From NCBI GenBank assembly GCA_963832435.1, contig CAWHTY010000022.1, positions 22,312 to 86,311 on the forward strand: DNA of 64,000 bases, written 5' to 3'. Numbering within the stretch: position 1 is the first letter of the stretch; the number at the start of each line of letters is the position of its first letter. Below the pieces are notes generated by a model, which was not told the origin of the DNA, ran no database searches, and was given only the letters and a program-made list of their open reading frames with translations. A program made the translations under genes and the position numbers. Origin of the DNA: an uncultured Actinomycetota bacterium. Its GTDB lineage: Bacteria > Actinomycetota > Actinomycetes > Propionibacteriales > Propionibacteriaceae. Below, one piece after another: positions 53,062 to 61,146 of this stretch.

Positions 53062-53817
53062 ATGCGTGAACAGGTGCACGACGAGAGCCCGGAGTCCCTG
53101 CGCCCTCGGGGTTCCCGGATCGAGGGTGATGTCGAGGCCCGGACCGGTCGTGCGGCCGGTCACGGCCGGCCGGACGTGCTCGACACCGACGCCGTCCTCG
53201 GGCTGCAGCGGGCGGCCGGCAACGGGGCCGTCTCCGCGCTGCTGGAGGAGGAGCGCTCCCCGGTGCACGACGTCATCGGCTCCGGCGGGCGACCGCTCGA
53301 ACCGGACGTCCGAGCCGACATGGAGGGCCGACTCGGCCATGACTTCTCCGACGTCCGGGTCCACGACGACGCCGCGGCGGCGGCTTCGGCGTCGGCGGTG
53401 AACGCGCACGCCTACACGGTCGGCTCGAACGTGGTGTTCCAGCGCGAGCGCTACGACCCGTCGAGCCAGGAGGGCCGCACGACGCTGGCCCACGAGCTGA
53501 CGCACGTGGTGCAGCAGCGCAGCGGGCCGGTGGAGGGGACCACGGCACCCGGGGGGATCAAGGTCTCGGACCCGTCGGACCGCTTCGAGCGGGAGGCGGC
53601 GGCCAACGCCGAACGCGTGATGGCGGCCCCCGCGCCCGTGCCCACCGCCGCCGCGGGATCCGCCGCCCCGGCCGTCCAGCGGCACGCCGCCGAGGAGGAG
53701 CCGGTCCAGGGCCTGTTCGTCCAGCGGGAGGGGGCCGAGGAGGAAGAGGAGCAGGTGCAGGGCCTCTTCGTACAGCGCGAGGGCGAGGAAGAGGAAGAGG
53801 AGAAGGCCCCGGCCTGA
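53062..53817 (+). CDS. Stand-alone DUF4157 (eCIS core domain) protein
   Basis: LQRAAGNGAV, GRPLEPDVRADMEGRLGHDFSDVRVH, NAHAYTVG, LAHELTHVVQQ, DRFEREA; acidic VQR repeats; AGGAGG RBS. Confidence 0.92.
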   Translation: MREQVHDESPESLRPRGSRIEGDVEARTGRAAGHGRPDVLDTDAVLGLQRAAGNGAVSALLEEERSPVHDVIGSGGRPLEPDVRADMEGRLGHDFSDVRVHDDAAAAASASAVNAHAYTVGSNVVFQRERYDPSSQEGRTTLAHELTHVVQQRSGPVEGTTAPGGIKVSDPSDRFEREAAANAERVMAAPAPVPTAAAGSAAPAVQRHAAEEEPVQGLFVQREGAEEEEEQVQGLFVQREGEEEEEEKAPA

Positions 53818-53891
53818 CCCGCGACTCTCCGCTCGCGGATCGCCCGACGCCCCGGGTGCCCCGGGATCCCCCGGCGTGCTGCTGCGGCCCC

Positions 53892-53922
53892 CTGCCCGTA
53901 GGGGCAGGCGAGGCTGCCCGCA
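53892..53922. promoter_or_regulatory. Operator copy 2, upstream of the large effector gene
   Basis: CTGCCCGTAGGGGCAG-GCGAGG-CTGCCCGCA. Confidence 0.7.
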
Positions 53923-53964
53923 CACGTGCCTGCCGGCGGGCTGCCGGTACCGACGAAGGAGTCG

Positions 53965-56900
53965 ATGCTCGACCCTATGGCCGGCGCCCGCGACACGGCC
54001 GACTCCGCCACGGCCGAAGTCGGCGAGGCGCTGATGCGCGGTCGGCGAGCCAGCGGCGGCGGGGCCGACCGACCGGCGGTGGGGCCGACCACGGTGCTGG
54101 CGTTGCAGCGCAGCGCCGGGAACGGCGCCATCAACGCCCTGCTGGCCGGCCGGCTGCGCCTGCCCAGCCGGCAGGGGGCTCGGGAGATGGACGCCGCCCT
54201 GCGGGAGCTCCGGCGCGACGAGCCGGCCGTCGGCACCGTCGAGACCGGGCTGAAGGCCGCTCAGGCGGTGGGCATCCCGGTCGACCTGGAGGGGGTCCGC
54301 CCGCCGCCGTCGGCCCTGGCCACCACCCGGACCGGGTTCGGTCCCGGCGCCGTACCCGCGAAGAAGCCCGTCCCGCCGCCCAAGCCGACGCCGGCCGTCA
54401 GCCCCCTCGGCCGGGCGGCGGCCAAGACGGCGTCGCCCCCCCGGGCCGGTCCGGCAGCGCCGGCCAAGGTAGCGGCCACCGGACCGGCGGCCGCCGCACC
54501 GGCCCCGCTGTCCGCCGATGCGCTGCTGCAGCCGCCGGTACCGCCCGCCCATCTGCAGCCGGACGACGATCCGGCCTTCACCCAGGTGACCGGACGGGTC
54601 AGATCCACCGCCCGGGAGAAGCGCGCCCATCCGCCGGCCAGGGCCAAGGCCAAGGAGGCGCAGGACGCAGCGCTGCCGCCCGCCGGGGACGTCGGGGCCC
54701 AGGCCAAAGCGGCCAAAGCCGACACGATGGACGCCCAGCGGCCCGGCACCTTCGACAAGAAGGCGTTCATCGCCGCGGTCAAGGCCGCGATCGAGGCCAA
54801 GTCGCCGAGGACGCTGAAGGAGGCCGCCGACTACAAGGCCTCCGGCAAGGCCAAGGAGGTCCGCGGTGAGGTCGCGGGCCTGGTCGGCCAGGGCAAGCAG
54901 GGCCAAGCCGCCGACCTCGAGTCCGCCACCCAGGCGCCACCCGATCAGTCCAAGGCGGTGCCCAAGCCGGTCACCCCGATGGGTCCTGAGCAGCAGGCGC
55001 CGGCGGCCCCGATCGCCGCCGCCGGCGCGGTGCCCAAGCCGGCCCCCGCCGACCAGCTGAACCTGGCGGCCGGAAAGCACGAAGCCGACCAGACCCTGGC
55101 CGACGGCGAGGTGACCGAGAGCCAGCTGGCCGAGTCGAACGAGCCGGAGTTCACCCAGGCGCTGGCGGACAAGAAGGCCGCCGCGGCACACGCCGACACC
55201 GCCCCCGGGGAGTTCCGCGAGCAGGAGGCGCAGGTCCTGCAGCAGGGCCGGGCCGAGGCCGCGGCCGAGACCTCCGCCGGGGTGGCTGGAATGCAGGGCG
55301 CCAAGGGGGCGGCGCTGGCCAAGCTGGTCGCCGACAAGGGCAAGGCCAAGACGAAGGACGAGGCCAAGCGCGCCGAGGTCACCACCAAGGTCCAGGGCAT
55401 CTTCGACACCACCGAGGCCGCAGTGCGGACGATCCTGGACGGGATCGACCCGAAGGTGGAGAAGGAGTTCGCCGCGGGCGAGGGCCGCGCGCGCACCCTG
55501 TTCGAGAACTACGTCTCCGCCAAGATGGCGGCCTACAAGAAGGACCGGTACGGCGGCTGGCTCGGCCCGATGCGCTGGCTGCGGGACAAGATCAAGGGGA
55601 TGCCGGCCAAGGTCAACGAGTTCTACGAGGCCGGGCGCGAGCTCTACCTCAAGGAGATGGACCGGGTCATCTCCCGGGTCGCCGACGTGGTCGGCGGCGA
55701 GCTGACGGCGGCCAAGGCCCGGATCGCCACCGGCCGGGCCGAGATCGCCGGGTACGTGAAAAGCCTGCCCAAGGACCTGCAGAAGGTGGGGTCGGAGGCG
55801 TCGAAGGACATCGGGGAGCGGTTCGCCGAGCTGGAGAGCGCCGTCGACGCCAAGCAGGAGTCGGTGGTGGACAGCCTGGCCAGCAAGTACGTGGAGGCCC
55901 GGAAGGGCCTCGACGAGCGGATCGAAGAGCTGCAGGCGGAGAACCGCGGCCTGATCGACAAGGCCATCGGGGCCATCAAGGCCGTGATCAACACCATCCG
56001 CGAGCTGGTGGCGATGCTGAAGAACGTACTGGCCCGGGTGGCGGGCGTGGTCGGGCAGATTATCAAGAGCCCGGTGAAGTTCCTCGGCAACCTCATCGCC
56101 GGCGTCAAGGGCGGCATCCTCAAGTTCAAGGACGACTTCCTGGGCCACCTCCGGCGCGGACTCATGTCCTGGCTGTTCGGGGCCCTGGCGGAGGGGGGCG
56201 TCGAGCTGCCGAAGTCGTTCGACCTCAAGGGCATCATCGGGTTCCTGGCCTCGATCTTCGGCCTCACCTGGGCCAACATCCGCAACCGGATCGTGAAGCA
56301 GATCGGCGAGCGAGCGATGGCGGCGGTCGAGAAGGGCGTCGAGATCTTCACCGTGCTCTCCGGACCCGACGGCGTGGCGGGCCTGTGGCAGATGCTCCTG
56401 CAGAAGCTGGGCGACGTCAAGGAGATGATCTTCGAGAAGGTCAAGGACTTCGTCCAGGACCGGATCATCGTAGCCGGCATCCAGTGGCTGATCGGGCTGC
56501 TCAACCCGGCCGCGGCGTTCATCAAAGCCTGCAAGCTGATCTACGACGTGGTGATGTTCTTCGTCAACAACGCGGGCCGGATCAAGAAGTTCGTCGACAC
56601 CATCCTGGACTCGGTGGCCGACATCGTCCGCGGCAACATCGGCGGGGTGATCGGCAAGATCAACGACGTGCTGGGTCAGATGGTGCCGCTGATCATCGGC
56701 TTCCTGGCCAGCGTGATCGGCCTGGGTGGGATCGGCGCCAAGGTCCGCGAGCTGGTGCAGAAGCTGCAGAAGCCGGTCAACCAGGCCGTCGACTTCGTGG
56801 TCAAGACCGGGCTCAAGCTGGCCGGGCCGATCATCCGTGGCCTGAAGGGCGTCGGGAACACGGTGAAGGCGAAGCTGCTCGGCGGGGACGACAGCCCGGC

Positions 56901-58342
56901 GGGGAAGAAGAAGCGGCTGAGCGGCGGGATGGCGGCGGCCCTGGGTGCGGTGCGCCGGTTCTCCGGCCGGGGGGCCTCAGCCGCAGTGCTCAAGCCGGTT
57001 CTGGGTGCGGTGCGGATGCGGTACGGGCTGGCTGAGCTGCGGCCGGTGGAGCAGGGCCGGGTCTGGGCGATCTACGCGAAGGTGAACCCGGAGGAGACGA
57101 AGGCCACCGAGGTGCCGATCTCCGACACGGTGCTCAAGCAGAGCGTCGAGGCCCTGCACGGCAGGGTGCACGGCATCCTCAAGGAATGCAAGCGGATGGC
57201 CAAGGGCAACGGGAAGGAGGTGGCCTGCGTGGTCCGCATGAACGCCCTGGAGACGACCTTCGGGAGCCACGATTCGGCTTACCGCAGACTCGCCTCACTG
57301 AGCCGGGACGAGCAGCTGGCGATCCGGGCGGCCTACACCCAGATCGACGCCCAGGGTGACGCGCTGTTCAGCGAGCTGAAGGCGCTGGACGCCGCCAACG
57401 TCCCCCTCCGGCAGAAACACGACCAGACCCGCTCGCTGAAGAACGACCTGGCCAAGCAGCTGAAGAAGGCTCCGCCGCCCGCCTGGAAGCCGTTCCTGGC
57501 CGACTACGAGACCGCCGACAAGGCGTACAAGAAGCCTGTTCGAGGAGGGGAACGACACGGCTCTGGCCGCCGCCCGGGCGACCTGGCGACGCTCTCTACG
57601 CCCGGGCCCGGGGGCTGGAGGCGAGACGCGGATCGACCCGCCCACCTGACCCTGGAGCAGGTCACCGCGCGGGCGAACGCGGCCAGCGCGGCCGCAGCGA
57701 CGGTGCTGGCCGACGACCAGATCCCGGCCGCGCGCAAGACCGAGCTCAAGACCAAGGACGCGGACCTGACGACCGCGGTCCGGGGCCTCACCGCCGCCTC
57801 CGAGCCGTCGGACCTGCTGCCGGTCAGTGACGCGGCCGATCGGGTCGCGTCGCTGGCCGGCGGACTGACCCGGAAGCCACCGGCGCCTGCGGAGCTCGCG
57901 GGCCCGGGAGCTCGTCGAGTCGGTCCGCAGCACGATCACCAACATCTCCAGGAGCGGGCGGCCGGACGCCACCGAAGGCGAGGGCACCTCGGAGGAGGCG
58001 CTGGCCAAGGAGCGCCGGGAAGGGCTGCCGTTCAAGACCCGCGAGGGCCACTGGATGAAGGTTCGTGACGCCATCACCTCGTTGAAGAGCTCGGCGGAGT
58101 CGCTCGGCAAGCTGTTGCCCTCGATCACCGATCCGACCCTGCGGGCGGAGATGGAGGGCGCCACTCCGCGATGCCGACGGAGCGTCGGCCGCAGCTGGAG
58201 GCGGAATACACGGTGTGGAAGGAACGGCTGAAGGCGGCAGACCGGTCGGGAGGCCGACCAGCTCTGGTACGAGGACACGGAGGGCAACATCCGCTCGAAG
58301 CTGATCCCGTCCTGGCCGACTCCGGAGCCCCCGAAGCCGTGA
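53965..58342 (+). CDS. Large (~1450 aa) eCIS cargo/effector: coiled-coil tape-measure-like body, hydrophobic helices, variable C-terminus; several 3' frameshifts
   Basis: LQRSAGNGAINALL, long A/K/E helical region, amphipathic block (IIGFLASIFGLTW, GLLNPAAAFIKACKLIYD), WAIYAKVNP; shifted-frame tail ends ...PTPEPPKP, stop 58342. Confidence 0.75.
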
Positions 58343-58365
58343 AGCCGGACCGCCCTCGCCGGCCG

Positions 58366-58394
58366 GTGCCCACTCGGGCAGCCGGGCCTGCCCC
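58366..58394. promoter_or_regulatory. Operator copy 3, upstream of the sheath gene
   Basis: GTGCCCACTCGGGCAG-CCGGGC-CTGCCCC. Confidence 0.7.
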
Positions 58395-58474
58395 CGGAGG
58401 CGTCCGCGTGGTCGTACCCTCGGCGACCGGATGTCGCGACCCTTCTCCTAGGCCACGTGAGAAGGAGATCAAGC

Positions 58475-60031
58475 ATGCCGACCTACCAGTCACCGGGTGT
58501 GTACGTCGAGGAAGTCGCTGCGGGTGCCCGCCCGCTGGCCGGCGTCGGCACCGCCGTCGCCGCGTTCGTGGGGCTCGCCGAGTCCGGTCCGTTCAACCGG
58601 CCGACGCTGGTCAGCAACTGGACCCAGTTCACCACCACCTTCGGGGGCTTCGTGGCGGGCAGCTACCTGGCCCAGTCGGTGTACGGCTACTTCATGAACG
58701 GCGGCGGAAACTGCTACGTCGTACGGATCGGGCAGGACCCGAGCTCGAACGGGCCGGCGCCCCGCAGCGCTCGGGCCAAGGAGCTCGCGGCGGCCCCGAC
58801 GGCGCAGATCGGCCGGCTCAAGGCCACCGTGGTCGACCCGGCCGTGCAGCCCGGCGAGGTCAGCGTCGAGATCACCGACCCGGGCGGCGACGCCCCCGCC
58901 GCGGACAGCTTCAAGCTGCTCGTCAAGCGCAGCGGGGAGGTGGTCGAGGAGTTCGACGCCGCCAGCTTCGCCCGTGGCAAGCAGAACGTGGTGACCATGG
59001 TGAACGCCGGGTCGAAGCTGGTCACCCTGGAGGACACCGCCTCCGGCACCGTCGAGCGGTTGCCCAACAGCGAGACCGCGCTGGCCGCCCCACCGGCCGC
59101 CGCCGCGGTGCCGTCCACCCGGCTGAGCGCCGACGACTACGTCGGCGACGTCGCCGACCGCACGGGCTTCGGCGCCCTCGAGGCCGTCGAGGACGTGACG
59201 ATGCTCTGCGTGCCGGACCTGATGAGCGCCTACCAGCAGGGCGCCATCGACCTGGACACCGTCCAGGCGGTGCAGACCGCGATGATCGCGCACTGCGAGC
59301 TGATGGGGGACCGGGTCGCCATCCTGGACCCGCCGCCGGGGTTCAACGCCCAGCAGATCAGGGAGTGGCGGGTGGACAAGGCCCGCTACGACTCGATGTA
59401 CGCGACGCTGTACTGGCCGTGGATCCAGACCATGAACCCGGCCACCGGGCTGTTGTCCTACCTGCCGCCGTCGGGTCACCTGGCCGGTATCTGGGGCCGC
59501 AACGACGACACCCGCGGCGTGCACAAGGCGCCGGCGAACGAGGTGGTGCGGGGCGCGGTCGACCTGGAGATCAACATCACCCGGAACGAGCACGACCTGC
59601 TCAACCCGGACGGCATCAACTGCATCCGCGCGTTCCCGGGCCGCGGCATCCGGGTGTGGGGGGCCCGCACGCTGTCCTCGGACCCGGCCTGGCGCTACCT
59701 CAACGTCCGGCGGCTCTTCAACTACCTGGAGGAGTCGATCCTCAGCGGCACGAGCTGGGTCGTCTTCGAGCCCAACGACGAGGCGCTGTGGGCCAAGATC
59801 CGGCGCACCATCGCGGCCTTCCTGGTGATGGAGTGGCGCGCGGGCGCACTGTTCGGCAGCACTCCCGACGAGGCCTTCTACGTCAAGTGCGACTCCGAGA
59901 CCAACCCGTCGGAGGGGATCGACGCCGGCCAGGTCGTCTGCGAGATCGGGGTGGCCCCCGTGAAGCCGGCCGAGTTCGTGATCTTCCGGCTGGCCCAGTT
60001 CTCCGGCGGCACCAGTCTCGTCAGCGAGTAG
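58475..60031 (+). CDS. Contractile tail sheath protein
   Basis: MPTYQSPGVYVEEV, YFMNGG, RVAILDPP, YWPWI, PPSGH, RGVHKAPAN, VWGARTLS, RYLNVRR, VFEPN, APVKPAEFV. Confidence 0.97.
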   Translation: MPTYQSPGVYVEEVAAGARPLAGVGTAVAAFVGLAESGPFNRPTLVSNWTQFTTTFGGFVAGSYLAQSVYGYFMNGGGNCYVVRIGQDPSSNGPAPRSARAKELAAAPTAQIGRLKATVVDPAVQPGEVSVEITDPGGDAPAADSFKLLVKRSGEVVEEFDAASFARGKQNVVTMVNAGSKLVTLEDTASGTVERLPNSETALAAPPAAAAVPSTRLSADDYVGDVADRTGFGALEAVEDVTMLCVPDLMSAYQQGAIDLDTVQAVQTAMIAHCELMGDRVAILDPPPGFNAQQIREWRVDKARYDSMYATLYWPWIQTMNPATGLLSYLPPSGHLAGIWGRNDDTRGVHKAPANEVVRGAVDLEINITRNEHDLLNPDGINCIRAFPGRGIRVWGARTLSSDPAWRYLNVRRLFNYLEESILSGTSWVVFEPNDEALWAKIRRTIAAFLVMEWRAGALFGSTPDEAFYVKCDSETNPSEGIDAGQVVCEIGVAPVKPAEFVIFRLAQFSGGTSLVSE

Positions 60032-60080
60032 CAGCCCCGTCCATTCCTGATCATCCCCAGCGCACGAGAGAGGCACGCAG

Positions 60081-60524
60081 ATGGCACTTCCCGAGGGCGA
60101 CAGCTCGGTCGGTCACTCCTTCGGACTGGAGTTCGACGGCATCACGATCAAGGCGATCACCGAGGTCTCCGGGCTCAAGATCGAACAGGACGTCGTGGAG
60201 TACAAGGAGAACGGGCCGGACGGCAAGTACCAGCTCCGTCGGCTGCCCGGCCGGCCCAAGGCGCCCGACATCACCCTGACCCGCGGCCTGACCGCCGACA
60301 ACAGCTTCGAGAAGTGGGTCAAGGACAGCCGGTTCGGCAAGATGACCGACGTCCGGAAGGGCGGCGCCATCATCGTCTTCGACTACGAGGGGTCGCCGGT
60401 GAAGCGCTACAAGCTCACCAACTGCTGGCCCAAGAGCCTGGAGGTCGGCAGCCTGAAGGCCGGTGACACCTCCTACCTGACGGAGAAGCTGGTCCTGACC
60501 TGCGAGAGCATCGAGGTCGAGTGA
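60081..60524 (+). CDS. Tail tube protein (T4 gp19-like, Afp1 type)
   Basis: FGLEFDG, EVSGLKIEQDVVEYKE, LPGR, ITLTRG, CWPKSL. Confidence 0.95.
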   Translation: MALPEGDSSVGHSFGLEFDGITIKAITEVSGLKIEQDVVEYKENGPDGKYQLRRLPGRPKAPDITLTRGLTADNSFEKWVKDSRFGKMTDVRKGGAIIVFDYEGSPVKRYKLTNCWPKSLEVGSLKAGDTSYLTEKLVLTCESIEVE

Positions 60525-60973
60525 TGCGGCGCGGCTCACTGGCGCTGCCGTACGCCGACCGGGCGGACGAGGACGCCGGTCCGGGCGCCGCGCCGCACCC
60601 CGAGCCGCTGACCACCGAGTTCGGCTTTGTCCTGCCCCGCGGTTACGTGGACTCCTCCGGTACCGTCCACCGCGACGGCGTGATGCGGCTGGCCACGGCC
60701 CGCGACGAGCTGATCCCGTTGCGCGACGACCGGGTCCGGGAGAACCCGGCGTACCTGACCGTGGTGCTGCTGGCCCGGGTAATCACCCGGATCGGCACCG
60801 TCACCGACGTCCACGCCGGCGTCGTCGAGGACCTGTTCGCCGCCGACCTGGCGTTCCTGCAGGACCTGTACCGGCGGGTCAACACCGAGGGCCACACCCG
60901 GGCCGCGGTCACCTGCCCGTCGTGCTCGGAACGGTTCGCGGTCGACGTCTCGGGTGGGCGCCTGGGGGAATAG
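60524..60973 (+). CDS. Putative tail assembly chaperone (G-like product)
   Basis: TEFGFVLPRGYVD..G.VHRDGVMRLATARDE, EDLFAADLAFLQDLY, CPSC; directly after the tube gene; ends in G GGG GAA TAG. Confidence 0.75.
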   Translation: MRRGSLALPYADRADEDAGPGAAPHPEPLTTEFGFVLPRGYVDSSGTVHRDGVMRLATARDELIPLRDDRVRENPAYLTVVLLARVITRIGTVTDVHAGVVEDLFAADLAFLQDLYRRVNTEGHTRAAVTCPSCSERFAVDVSGGRLGE

Positions 60974-61128
60974 AGACGTACGCGACCGACCGGCTGTACA
61001 CCGAGATCGCGTACGTCGCCTATTACCTGCACTGGTCGCGCGACGCGATCCTCGACCTCGATCACCTGGAACGCCGCCGGTTCGTGGCCGAGATCGGGGC
61101 GCTGAACACCCGCATCCAACAGGAGTGA
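60964..61128 (+). CDS. DUF6760-like ORF without a start codon; predicted -1 frameshift extension (GT-like) of the upstream chaperone
   Basis: -1 frame reads GGIETYATDRLYTEIAYVAYYLHWSRDAILDLDHLERRRFVAEI; no ATG/GTG/TTG at the junction. Confidence 0.7.
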   Translation, partial: GGIETYATDRLYTEIAYVAYYLHWSRDAILDLDHLERRRFVAEIGALNTRIQQE

Positions 61129-61146
61129 ACCGCAGAGGAGGACGAC

